A stretch of DNA of 35,554 nucleotides from Octopus bimaculoides. Lineage: Eukaryota. Of this stretch, positions 10,816-21,988 are shown piece by piece. How positions within the stretch are numbered: position 1 is the stretch's first letter; each line of letters opens with the position of its first letter. Made by a program: the position numbers and the translations under genes. Below the pieces are notes generated by a model. That model saw only the letters and a list, made by a program, of their open reading frames with translations. It did no database searches and was not told the DNA's origin. The stretch is from positions 55,257,879-55,293,432 of the forward strand of contig NC_068991.1 in the NCBI RefSeq assembly GCF_001194135.2. Reading direction: 5' to 3'.

Positions 10816-10971
10816 TTATGAGTATTCCATTTCAATTCTTTTCTTTTCTTGTGCAGGATCATAAGCCTCTACAACAACATTTGGAGGATACTTAATGGCT
10901 GGTGCAACATTCATATCAGATACTGGGTTCAGAAATTCAGTTCCCTGGTTTGTTGATACCCAAACACTTTG
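10816..10971 (-). CDS. CD20/MS4A-like protein, last coding exon (cytoplasmic tail)
   Basis: Acceptor ttttggcttctgcag|; 156 bp, QSVWVSTNQGTEFLNPVSDMNVAPAIKYPPNVVVEAYDPAQEKKRIEMEYS*; phase 0. Confidence 0.8.
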   Translation of the reverse strand, partial: QSVWVSTNQGTEFLNPVSDMNVAPAIKYPPNVVVEAYDPAQEKKRIEMEYS

Positions 10972-11718
10972 CTGCAGAAGCCAAAATAGATTTTAAAAGA
11001 TAAAATCTCTTTAAAAGCAAAACATTTTAAAGAAGTATCATTTAAAACAAAATACTTTAAACGATCATTTTCATCAATTATAGTGAGTGCATGTGTGCGT
11101 ATATTTATATATATATATACCGAAGTAAGCGGTATATATATATGTCGTCATAAGCGATGGAGTGCCAACAACCACCTGTAGTTGTGTGCTTGTATAGGTT
11201 ATCAAAACTAAAATGTACAAATATATATGCCAACAGAAAAGAAATGTTATACAATTACAGGTGTTACAACCAACAATAAGATTTTTTATGTGATTTTTTC
11301 TTTCCAGTACATCTGCGAGTATTTTTATAGTATCTTTAAATAATACTTTGAACATCAAAGATTCTGTGTCTGCAAGTTTTTTTTTTAATATAAACATAAC
11401 AAACTAGCAATCGAAATATATATTTTAGTAAACAAAATGTATTAATATACAATTATCAAATGAAAAATATATATTTAATACATTTTAAATGTGGCTTATT
11501 CAACTTTAACCAACAAAGTGAAAACTTGAAACTTTTTCTTTATGAATTACACATGTGTACCAAACACACACACAAAGAAAACAAACTTTATTTGTCACAA
11601 ATACGACAAGCATTTGGGGAAAGATTTCAGGGAATAATCTGACATTCATTTCAAATCACTCCCAGGAACTCAAGGGTAATCCTAGCTTTTCCTTAATCTG
11701 AATGCAATTTCAAGTTAC

Positions 11719-11766
11719 CAGGAGGCAGGCTGAATGGGTAACAGGGTAGGATCTGAAATCACTACA
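11719..11766 (-). CDS. CD20/MS4A-like protein, coding exon 5
   Basis: Poly-T tract plus gccag| acceptor and |gtaact donor; 48 bp, CSDFRSYPVTHSACLL; phase 0/0. Confidence 0.72.
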
Positions 11767-12390
11767 CTGGCATAATTTGAAAAAAAAAAAAAAATCAGAG
11801 GTGAATTTACTGGTATGATTGTTTAGTATTTTTTAGGCCATAGAATATACCTATGTTATTCCTGCTATTTATAGCATAATAAACCATTACATACAGGACT
11901 GACTACCTATGAGTTTGTTTAAAAGAGAGCGATTAAGACTGCAATAAGATAATGAAAGAAATATTTACTGAGTAAGTGAATACTATTAGACAAATAAAGG
12001 ATACAAAGGAAAGTTAGATGTAATATATTCAGAGAATTTATGCAAATTCAGAATCAAATGTGTAAATATTCAGTGACCAGCAGCTAACTGCCTGCAGTGT
12101 GATCTTTCTGCTAGTATACACAATCATACATTAATGAGAATACATCTGTACTTTCATATACAAATAAATGATATGTACACATATGCATGCACACACCCAT
12201 ATACATAAATATGCAAACATACAAACCAATACACACAAATATGAAATATACAAAAGGAACATATAATATGTGTATAAATAATATATGTGACCATGATTTC
12301 AAATCTAAGTGCAGTCTCTTTCTCTGTGCCTGTTTGGTTACCAAGTATTTATGCTTGGAAACACACATACACACACAAATTCATGTACAC

Positions 12391-12395
<5 letters not shown>

Positions 12396-12466
<71 letters not shown>

Positions 12467-12480
12467 ATATATATATATAT
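12396..12480. repeat. (TA)n(GA)n(TA)n microsatellite
   Basis: Directly visible. Confidence 0.95.
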
Positions 12481-13106
12481 TTATACATAAAAACAAATAT
12501 ATGTACTCACTCACCATGCAGAAAATGACTAATACTTACAAATGCAAATGTGTATATCTGTATGTATGTACAGTAATTAGAAATAATTAACTAATATACA
12601 CAACAAAAGCGGATTGTCGGTAGTAACTTGGTGAATGGTTCATGGTTAAACCATTAAATAAATATACTACAGATGAACACAAAAAGATGAATGAAGACAC
12701 GAAAAAATGGAAATGAAAAACGTGAAAAATGTAAACAAAGCTTCAGATAGATTAAGGAATAAAATTAAGGAATGAAAAGTTGTGGAAGTGCTATCAGTTT
12801 GATGACATTGAAAAGATTGAAGTGTTTATATGATCAAAAGAAGGAGTACTTTCAGTAAGTTTTCCCAGTAGGTTATTTTTGGTGAATAAGATTTCAACCA
12901 TATATTCATATAAAGTTTGTGTGGTTTGCAGTTTTCCAGTGTAACATCTTTCTCTGGATAAGGTTTTCTATTGGAGGTTCTATGTTATAAATTTCTTTTT
13001 TTAGACATTGTAGGTAGCAAGCTAATGAAACTTGTTTGATGTACTGGCATGCCTAAATATGTGAATAACAATGATTTTAAAAATTTGGAGGTCATTCTTA
13101 CATAAG

Positions 13107-13785
13107 CTTAAGAGGTGTTGGTGTTGTCGGTCTTAAGAGATGTTTTGATGATAGTGTTAAGAAGTGTTGAGGGTCTTAGGAGGTGTTGGTGTTGATGGTC
13201 TTAAGAGGAGTTGGTGTTTATACTGTTAAGAGATGTTGGTATTGATGGTGTTAAAGATCTTGGTGTTGACTGTATTAAGAAGTGTTGGTATTGACTATGC
13301 CATGAGGTGTTGGTGTTGACTGTATAGGGAAATGTTGGTATTGACTGTGCTAAAATGTGTTGATGCTCACAATGTTAAGAGGTGTTGACAGTGTTAAGAG
13401 GTGTTGATTGTGATAAGAAGTGTTGACGGTGATAAGAGGTGCTGACGGTGATAAGAGGTGTTGACGGTGATAAGAGGTGTTGATGGTGATAAGAAGTGTT
13501 GACGGTGATAAGAGGTGTTGACAGTGATAAGAGGTGTTGATGGTGATAAGAGGTGTTGATGGTGATAAAAAGTGTTGACGGTGATAAGAGGTGCTGACGG
13601 TGATAAGAGGTGTTGACGGTGATAAGAGGTGTTGATGGTGATAGGAGGTGTTGTGTTGATGGTATTAATAGGCGTTGTGTTGATGATGGTAAGAGGTATT
13701 GGTTTTGACAGTACTATGTTGGTGTTGACTGTTAAGAGGTGTTGGTGCTGATGGTGGTAAGAAGAACTGATGTTGACAGTACACT
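13107..13785. repeat. Intronic minisatellite: homogeneous 19-bp core units flanked by degenerate ~25-bp units
   Basis: Core unit GACGGTGATAAGAGGTGTT (~13400-13650); flanking units such as GATGGTCTTAAGAGGAGTTGGTGTT. Confidence 0.9.
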
Positions 13786-14318
13786 CATAGCTCCTTAGCT
13801 AAACAATTGTCAAAGATTTTGTATTTGTTTTGTGGCATGTACTGGATCTGTGTGTTTTGCTGTATAAGGAATACTCTCTTAATCAATCCTTGATGCATTC
13901 TGAAACAAAACACAATGCATTTTGATGGACTCATTTAAAATCTATCAACCTTCTAGATTATGTGCAACAATCCTCATGTTCTCTGTTCTAGAATACTTTC
14001 TTCTCTTTGCTAGAATGTTACTGCTTGGGACACTTTTTGTCCTGGTATTTGACCACAAACACTACCTTTGTCTATAATTTTCCTACTATATCATATACTT
14101 CACATTTCTTATATATTTCTGCTTCTACTATTTTCCTTTTGAAAAGAAAAACTTTGTGAATTATAAGCTGAAGTAACTCCAAATAACCTGATTCAATCTC
14201 TTGCAGTCTAAATGTGACCAATGTCATATATGGTAACTCCAAATCTAAGATAACATAAATGGTGTGACGTTTGCAATACAAGAAATAATTATCAAGTAAA
14301 GAATAAAACTGAACTAAC

Positions 14319-14438
14319 CTCATTTATTGAACAGCAGCACAACAAGGATGAAGAGACAATTGACAAAACAAAATCCACAAACATAGCAAATGCTGCAAGA
14401 CTAAATAAAATATAGAGTCTGGTTGGATGATGATAACG
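14319..14438 (-). CDS. CD20/MS4A-like protein, coding exon 4 (TM4)
   Basis: Acceptor ttttcttctttttcag| and donor GAG|gttagt; 120 bp, RYHHPTRLYILFSLAAFAMFVDFVLSIVSSSLLCCCSINE; phase 0/0. Confidence 0.87.
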
Positions 14439-14604
14439 CTGAAAAAGAAGAAAAAGAATAGTTGAATGAGAAAGAAAGTGACTGATATGATTATCTTGTC
14501 ACAAAGAAAGTTATTTTCCATACTTTTCTAGTGGTATAGAAATTAATCTTGCAACATTGATATTTTGCTCTTAAAACCATTGTGTCAAAATGGTTTTAAT
14601 GTAG

Positions 14605-14850
14605 TCTTTTATTGTTTTACTAGTTTCAGTAATTTCAATGTGGTCATGCTGGGGTACCACCTTCAAGGATATAGCTGATTATATCAACTTGTCAACCTAA
14701 AGTACTTTCACTGGTTCTAATTCCATCAGCCTCAGATGGATGAAAAACAAAGATGTTGACCTAAGGAAGGATTTGAACTCAAAATCTAAAGGAACATAGC
14801 CAAATATCACTACCTGTTCTGTAAGACATTTTACCATTTCTACATCCAGC
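14605..14850 (-). mobile_element. Old, degraded SINE
   Basis: The tail TTTTACTAGTTTCAGT...GGTCATGCTGGGGTACCACC resembles the reverse-complement tail of the 6762 family; the B-box remnant GGATTTGAACTC is on the + strand. Confidence 0.6.
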
Positions 14851-15950
14851 AACTTGTATATAAATTTATATGAATATTACAGTGTTTCTCAGAGAAAATT
14901 TCAGGAAAGAAAATATCAATAGAAATTATTACAGAGAAGTTTATAAAATGCACACATGCAGTTCTAACTGTAGGATTTCTGTCAGAGAAACTATTGAAAA
15001 AATGAAGTAATAATATCTAATTATTAATAATTCTATTATTGTTCTGCAGCATCAAATGATTATCTATTCTGACTATTTCAGTCAAACAATAAAACCATAA
15101 TTACAAATATTTAAAATTAATTTTTAAAGTACCCACATTGTCTTTTATGTTAGTTAATGATAATTAAAAAGTGTTTGATGAGTTTTGTAATTTAGTTTTT
15201 ATTTTGTAAAACAGCATTTTGAATTATTTAGTCACTGTTTAGCAACAGGTGATATGTACAGCCTGAGCACAAATACAAGGCCCTGAAGACAAACAAAACC
15301 AAAACAAAAAATTAACTAAATGAAAGAAAATAAAAAATGGGTTTAACAATCTACAAATGCTTCCCATCAAAATTTTTTGAGAGAAGAGTGAGAGGTGGTC
15401 AAAACGTTCAATATTGGTATGAAATCCTTCCATTACAAGGAAGATGTTAAAAAGTTGAGGGAATCATGCCCTTTTTTGAAGTGAATATAAACATGTGTAA
15501 GGATTTCTACAAGGAATTAGAACCAAGTTCTTGAATCAATTCACTTAGAACTTTCAGTACTCACAACTATCACATGATAATAAAATTATAATTATGATGA
15601 AAAATTAATGCATAGATTAAAAATACCTGGCTTGTCACTGCTGGACTACACAACTTTTACCCTCTCTAATTGATAACACAGAGAGGAAAAATATTTTATT
15701 CTTTCTCTCTCCTTCTTCCTAGTCACTCACAGATGAACTTATCTACCCACAGAATAGATAGCAGAACTGCAAATAATTGGTGTGCACCAATTCAAAGAAG
15801 ACAATTTGTTATAGCTCTTGAATTTAAACATATAGCTCAGAAAACAGGGTGTCACTTTAGGATGAGCTGCTACTTCTCAGTATTGAGAGGTTGCAGTTCC
15901 ATAAATTGAAGGAAGATTCTACAAATCAAGTCGGTTAAAAATATACTTAC

Positions 15951-16040
15951 AATCCATACTCCAAGGCTAGTAAAAGCACCAATTCCAGTATGTGCAAAAA
16001 CAGATGCTGACAAAATATTAAGGATCATATAGGTAATTTT
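15951..16040 (-). CDS. CD20/MS4A-like protein, coding exon 3 (TM3)
   Basis: Acceptor tttcatttcag| and donor |gtaagt; 90 bp, KITYMILNILSASVFAHTGIGAFTSLGVWI (NILSA resembles the MS4A TM3 motif); phase 0/0. Confidence 0.9.
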
Positions 16041-16106
16041 CTGAAATGAAATATTAAAGCGTTTTAGTTATTCTTTTTCAACATATTTATGTGCATATGT
16101 ATATGA

Positions 16107-16140
<34 letters not shown>

Positions 16141-16367
16141 ATACAGACAGATATTTGTGTGCGACTGTATGTATGTATGGTTGGGTATATATGAGATTGT
16201 GCAGGGAGTGTTGACTAATTTTGTCAGTTCATGCATCATGCAATTGTCCATTGTGGGTATTTATGTGTGAATACATTACATAAACACACATCTGTCTCTC
16301 TTCCTCTCTCTCTCTCTTCCTCTCTCTCTCTCTTCCTCTCTCTATCTCTCCGTATACACATCCACCC

Positions 16368-16403
<36 letters not shown>

Positions 16404-16584
16404 GTATACACACACATGCATGCATACATAAGTTTATAAGTATAAGACAAATATAAATATTCAAAAACTTAAAATCAAATTTAACAAGTATATCAATTCA
16501 TTTTACTTCTGTTCTAGCCACTTCAGTTCATTTCACACTCAATTTTCTACTGTATGGTTCAATGTACATATTCCACTATAGTTA

Positions 16585-18111
16585 TCAAGTCATTAAGAAT
16601 GAAATGTCTGATTTTCTATGCACCAAGTTTGATAGTCATTAACTCTAATGTTTTATTTTGACAATTCTTTGTTTTACAACATTGAAGAGTTACATCATCA
16701 CTTTTTGAAATGCAATTCATGGTGTCTGATTATAATTGTGAGTTTTCTCTTGTAAATAAATTTTCGTGAACCCATTGATAGATCAAAAATTCATGTTGTT
16801 TATGAATATGAGTTCTGTTGTGGAACCAATGCATCCCAGACAGCTTGAAACATCAATGAGATGTTTGGTGAAGATGTGGCAAATGAATGCGCTGTATGTT
16901 GATGGATTGAGAAGTTCCACTCTGGTGACTTTACTCTTGAAATGGACTATCTGAAACAAATCAGTGAGGTAAAGAAGCTGGACAAGTGGGTACCACATGA
17001 ACTGAGCGAGCATCAAATGACATGTCATCTTGAAACCTGCTGTTCTTTGCTGTCACAGCATAAAAGCGAACCATTTCTGCATTGTATTGTTACATGTGAT
17101 AAAAAATGAATTCTTTTCAACAACAGCAAGTGTTCTGCATGGTGGTTGACTAGAGACGAAATACCAAAACACAATCAAAAAAGAATATTCACCAAAAACG
17201 CTAATGGTGTCTATTTGGCATCCATCACTGGTGTCATCCACTACAGCTTCATGAGACCTGGTAAGTCAATTACAGCAGATGTATACATCAACCAATTAGA
17301 TGAAATGATGAGTGAACTTGCAATTAAACTACTGAGATTGATCAACAGAGACAGGCCAATTCTCAAGCAAGACAATGCATGACCACATGTTCAAAGAACG
17401 CATCTCAAGTTACAGGAACTGAACTTGGAAGTACTCTGTCATCCACCATATTCACCAGACTTTGCACCAACTGACTATCACATTTTCCAGGCATTAGACA
17501 ACTTTTTGCAAGGAAAAATTTCAAATTTGAAGAAGATTCAAAAACAGCCTTTTGAGATTTCATCACCTCTTGCTTTCCAGAATTCTTTGCAGTCAGCATA
17601 AATAAGCTACTGATAAAATGGCAAAATTGTACTCTTTACTCTTTTACTTATTTCAGTCATTTGACAGTGGCCATGCTGGAATACCGCCTTTAGTCGAGCA
17701 AATCGACCCCAGGACTTATTCTTTGTAAGCCTAGTACTTATTCTATCGGTATCTTTTGCCGAACTGCTAAGTTATGGGGACGTAAACACACCAGCATCGG
17801 TTGTCAATCAATGTTGGAAGGACAAACACAGACACACTAACATATACACACACATACATATATACGACGGGCTTCTTTCAGTTTCCGTCTACCAAATCCA
17901 CTTACAAGCTTTGTTTGGCCCGAGGCTATAGTAGAAGACACTTGCCCAAGGTGCCACGCAGTGGGACTGAACCCGGAACCATGTGTTTGATAAGCAAGCT
18001 ACTTACCACACAGCCACTCCTGCATCACAGCTACTTACCACACAGCCCCTCCGAGATAAAGTAAAATAAACTTTTAGTTCAAAATCAGACATTTCATTCT
18101 TAATGACCTGA
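16585..18111 (+). mobile_element. Complete but inactivated mariner (Tc1/mariner, D34D-type) transposon
   Basis: 31-bp TIRs TCAAGTCATTAAGAATGAAATGTCTGATTTT with 1 mismatch and TA TSDs (16583-4, 18112-3). Transposase remnants include an HTH (NINEMFGED), KWVPHELS, IVTCDKK*, QDNA*PH and HPPYSPDFAPTDYH, with stops, an internal deletion and a SINE insertion at 17632. Confidence 0.95.
17632..18023 (-). mobile_element. tRNA-derived SINE (6762 family) inserted in the mariner
   Basis: Colinear with the reverse complement of 6762-7173 and followed by a 19-bp head duplication (AGCTACTTACCACACAGCC, 18029-18047). Confidence 0.9.
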
Positions 18112-18264
18112 TATTTATATTAAGCATTAGTAGTTGTGTAACTTCAGGTCATCCATGATCTAACAGATATATGATGAAAGGTGCTCCACCATCACCATTC
18201 AGTATGACCATATAGTTTTCAGTATACCTAGGGCTATTTTAACCAATGTGTCCTTCACTTTTAA

Positions 18265-18482
18265 CCCTTTCGTTACCAACCCGGCTGAAACCGGCTCTGG
18301 CTCTGAGTACAAATATCTTGTTTTCATAAGTTTTGAATTAAAATCTGCAGCCAAACCTTAGTCACAATTTATGTTCCTAACACTAGCTGAATAATAACTA
18401 AGTTATTTTACTAAATTCTTTGTTATATTTAAAGTAATTGAAAGAAACACAGCGTCTCAAAATAAATACAGTAACAAAAGGG
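18265..18482. mobile_element. piggyBac-type MITE
   Basis: TTAA|CCCTTTCGTTAC ... GTAACAAAAGGG|TTAA: 12-bp TIR with 1 mismatch and TTAA TSD. Confidence 0.88.
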
Positions 18483-18772
18483 TTAAAGGTGGTAGATTGT
18501 GATGTGACAGCTATTTTTAATACATCAACCAACCATGGATAGATGCCTCATTTGTTTGCAACATATTAGTGTTTATTGTTTCTGTCAAGTATGAGGTCTA
18601 CTAATGAAAGACCGGATGAATATAAGAATTTCTACTGTGTAACTAGCTTTAAGTGGATATAGTCAATATGTATATAATTATACAGCTATTTCAATAACTT
18701 TTGCACTTTAATTAAACATCAAATATTTTGAACATTTGAATAGAAAAGATTTATAATTGTAGAAATATTTAC

Positions 18773-18844
18773 CAGCTTCTGAGAGAGTAATGGTGAAGAC
18801 ATTTTTCTACCAGCAAGAATTCCAAATATCCCAACTGAAATAAC
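18773..18844 (-). CDS. CD20/MS4A-like protein, coding exon 2 (end of TM2)
   Basis: Acceptor tgattttag| and donor CTG|gtaaat; 72 bp, VISVGIFGILAGRKMSSPLLSQKL; phase 0/0. Confidence 0.88.
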
Positions 18845-19395
18845 CTAAAATCATACAAATGTCATATAATAATATAAAACCTAATAAAATAAAACAAATA
18901 TAAAGTTTATAAAAAAATGTATGTTTAGAAATAGAAACAGATACAAAAGAATATATTTTTGTCTTATCTCCTATGTTCCCATGGCTTCAGCAAGAATATA
19001 ACCACTTCCTTTGTTTACCTACACTTGTCAATAACTGATACCTCTTCTCATGATATTTCAGTGATCTCAGACTGTCTGTCTTTTTCAATATTCCATATAT
19101 GTGATGGAGCCAAATTTATTTCTTGAAATCTCCTTGTGGTCAAAATCATCTGTTAGACATTGTGGGTTGCAAGAAAAATGCTAGAATCCTTCAGTCTTTC
19201 AATCAACATAAATGAAGTGCAACTTATATTGGAATACTGCTCACATATATGGGAGTGTGATGCTATTATTCAATCCTTGTTGTGGAACTTTAGGTATCTT
19301 GTATATGATAGTCCCAAACTAATCTTTTAGAAATAATATTTGACCGTTCAATTCATTTTATTTTTTATGCAAGCACAGGAGATTATGCAAATTTC

Positions 19396-19882
19396 AATGT
19401 TTGTGGCCACTTCAACATGACTGTTCCATATGGAATGATGTTACTACTATTTTTTAACCTCAGGAGAACACTTTCAGCTGGTTAACGATGTCATTTCATA
19501 CCAAATAGCCATGTTGAAGTGGCAACAAACATTACTTTTCAGTAGAGTTACTACTTGCATCTCTAATAGAAATGCAAGAACTAGCTACTTTGCATGTTGT
19601 AAGATCAGCAGCTGAATGTCACTGACATTTTTATATATTGCGAGCTGGGGTGAATGGTTGCCATTAGTGGACAGGTGTTCAGTACTGAGGAAGAGCAAAT
19701 ACTCTGAAACCAGGCTGGTCTACTGGTCCTGTCAAATCACTAGATGGTTGGGGTTTGCTCTCCTGCTATATTGGAGGACACAGATTGTGTCATTTACCTA
19801 CTGGAGGTGTTCTCCTGGGGTTAAAAAATAGTAGTAACATCGTTCCATATGGAACAGTCATGTTGAAGTGGCCACAAACATT
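19396..19882. mobile_element. MITE-like element with ~76-bp inverted arms
   Basis: AATGTTTGTGGCCACTTCAACATGACTGTTCCATATGGAA...GGAGAACAC (19396-19471) is the reverse complement of 19807-19882; a third partial arm sits at 19510-19535. No TSD was resolved. Confidence 0.7.
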
Positions 19883-19899
19883 ACCATTTTATATCTATT

Positions 19900-19974
<75 letters not shown>

Positions 19975-19984
<10 letters not shown>

Positions 19985-20362
19985 GCACTCCGTTGCTTAC
20001 GCCGTCGAGGGTTCCAGCTGATCCGATCAACGGAACAGCCTGCTCGTGTAATTAATGTGCAAGTGGCTGAGCACTCCACAGACACGTGTACCCTTAACAT
20101 AGTTCTCGGGAATATTCAGCGTGATACAGTGTGACAAGGCTGACCCTTTGAATTACAGGCACAACAGAAACAAGAAGTAAGAGTGAGAGAAAGTTGTGGT
20201 GGAAGAGTACTGCAAGGTTCGCCACCATCCCCTGCCGGAGCCTCGTGGAGCTTTTAGGTGTTTTCGCTCAATAAACACTCACGACGCCCGGTCTGGGAAT
20301 CGAAACCGCGATCCTATGACTGAGAGTCCACTGCCCTAACCACTGGGCTATTGTGCCTCCAC
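19975..20362 (-). mobile_element. tRNA-derived SINE (head A, body A, tail T ending in (CAA)n)
   Basis: The reverse complement begins GTGGAGGCACAATAGCCCAGTGGTTAG with a B-box TTCGATTCCC; the tail ends GGAACCCTCGACGGCGTAAGCAACGGAGTGCCAACAACAAC. Confidence 0.9.
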
Positions 20363-20401
20363 ACACACACACACATATATATATTTTCACAGAATAAAGA
20401 G

Positions 20402-20850
20402 TGTAGTAACGCCTAAATAGCAGACGACATTTCCGGTAAGCTTATCCATGCATGCGCAGGGACTAGTTCCGGAAGGAACACGGGAAGAGTCTCATGTGCA
20501 TGCGTGGTCATTTGACATACAAGCTTCGCGCCCTTATTCATTCTCTTTTCTCGCCGGCCAGTGGAGAGCTCAGACGTACAAGCAGTTTGTCTCCAACATT
20601 CCAACTCTGGAGACAGCTCTTTCCAACATTCCAACTCTGGAGACAGCTCATTCCAACATTCCAACTCTGGAGCTAGACAAATAACCAACCAACATCACTG
20701 ACGGCGTCTCAGCAACCAAAGGGCGAAGTGCTGCCTATTTCCTCTGTAAATAAATATTGTTGTGTTGATAGTTCAGAATCTGCGTTCTGTTGTTTCTTCT
20801 AGAAATTTAATGTATGGAAGCGGTGTACACCTAATGGTGTATAACCACTT
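20402..20850 (+). mobile_element. Probable solo LTR with an internal 30-bp tandem repeat
   Basis: Starts TGTAGTAAC, is GC-richer than the flanks, carries ~2.7 copies of TCCAACATTCCAACTCTGGAGACAGCTC (20591-20672) and an AATAAA at ~20749. The 3' CA end and TSD were not resolved. Confidence 0.45.
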
Positions 20851-20855
20851 TCCTA

Positions 20856-21206
20856 AAAGAGTATTGGAGATAAACAAGATATATATATAATTTCTTTAGA
20901 AAAACATATATCTGGAGAAAAAGCACACTCTAAGAAGTAGAGCAGTCTATATTTATTACTGGTGAAGGCCACTTTATAGGGTAATAAATCATTCTGTTAA
21001 TTCCTTTTATTGTAAGTTAATGAAATGTAAGTAAAATTTTAAGAGGTAAAAATGATCATGAATTTGTGTTACAAATATTATATACATTGTTTGAAATACT
21101 AAATTTATGCAGGATTACAATTATCAGCATTCAACAGATTGGCTACCAACTGTCCACTTTGTTTCCTGGGCAATGCTGAGTATCTTGTTTATCTCCAATA
21201 CTCTTT
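20856..21206. mobile_element. Degraded MITE with 26-bp TIRs
   Basis: AAAGAGTATTGGAGATAAACAAGATA (20856-20881) is the exact reverse complement of 21181-21206. Confidence 0.6.
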
Positions 21207-21515
21207 ATTCTGTGAAAATTCTGAAACTTTTGAACCACTCATTTTTATCATATTTGAATGAAATGGGATAAAACAGTACATTTGAAAGAGTTGACCTTTG
21301 CCATCAGTGCTTTGTTTCTTGTTCAGGTTAAAAAAACAAAAACCCACCCAATTTTGGCACCTGATGACAATTGATAAAATAGTTTGAAATGTGATGTCAT
21401 AATTTACAAAGTAAAAAATTAAAAGGGCTTAGGTTAATAGTCCTTAAATATTTTGCCATGAATATTAACAGTAAGAAGTGAAAATATTTATTGCAATATA
21501 ACTTTGATCAGTATA

Positions 21516-21731
21516 AGGTGGCACGCTGGCAGAATTGTTAGCATACCTGGCAAAATACTGAGTGGCATTTTGTCCATTTTTACATTCTGAGCTCAAATTC
21601 TGCTGAAGTCATCTTTGTTTTTCATTCTTTCAGGGCTGATAACATAGGTACCAGTTGAGCACAGGGGCTGATGTAATTGACTTACCTCATCCACTGAACT
21701 TGCTGGCCTTGTGCCAAAATTGGAAATCAAT
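21516..21731 (+). mobile_element. Degraded SINE just inside the intron after coding exon 1
   Basis: Head GGTGGCACGCTGGCAGAATTGTTAG; central TTTCATTCTTTCAGGGCTGATAACATAGGTACCAGTTGAGCAC segment; tail GGCCTTGTGCCAAAATTTG. Confidence 0.6.
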
Positions 21732-21778
21732 ATATCTTTGATCAATATGCAACTGTTACAAACAATGTCAATACTTAC

Positions 21779-21988
21779 CCACAGGCTTGCAATACATCCA
21801 AATGTGGCAGATATGATGGGCAGCTCTTCAGTGTTGATTCCATAGTAGTATGATGGATGGAACATACGTCTGCCATACCACCTCTTTGTTTTGAAGCCAA
21901 CCATTGAAGCAACAAAACAAAAAGTTCCAAGGAAGAAATGTATTGCTCCTGTCAATGTTAGCCCTGAGTACATGTGACGAACAAGCAT
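21779..21988 (-). CDS. CD20/MS4A-like protein, first coding exon (TM1 and start of TM2); exon runs 22012-21779
   Basis: Acceptor ttaattttag| at 22013-15, in-frame TAA upstream of the ATG at 21988, donor TGG|gtaagt; 70 codons MLVRHMYSGLTLTGAIHFFLGTFCFVASMVGFKTKRWYGRRMFHPSYYYGINTEELPIISATFGCIASLW. Confidence 0.88.

Noticed and set aside
12900-13052. Apparent exon GMPVHQTSFISLLPTMSKK...
   Set aside because: The A7 run puts a stop in frame (KKRNL*), there is no good donor, and the phase does not fit the gene.
14188-14244. Apparent exon DLELPYMTLVTFRLQEIES (in ORF 14072-14323)
   Set aside because: Its phase (1/1) is incompatible with the phase-0 neighbours, and read in phase 0 it hits a stop (IWSYHI*); the donor is weak.
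19020-19260. Possible CR1/Jockey-like RT remnant (LEYCSHIW at ~19228-19252)
   Set aside because: Only one short motif was recognisable and the neighbouring motifs were not in the expected order.
20591-20672. 30-bp repeats resembling a CRISPR array or a repeat protein (ELECWKELSP)
   Set aside because: The units are head-to-tail with no unique spacers, no cas genes and a eukaryotic context; the ORF has no splice support.
21593-21778. C-terminal part of the 133-aa ORF 21593-21994
   Set aside because: This is read-through past the GTAAGT donor into intron and SINE sequence; only the first 70 codons from the ATG at 21988 are exon.
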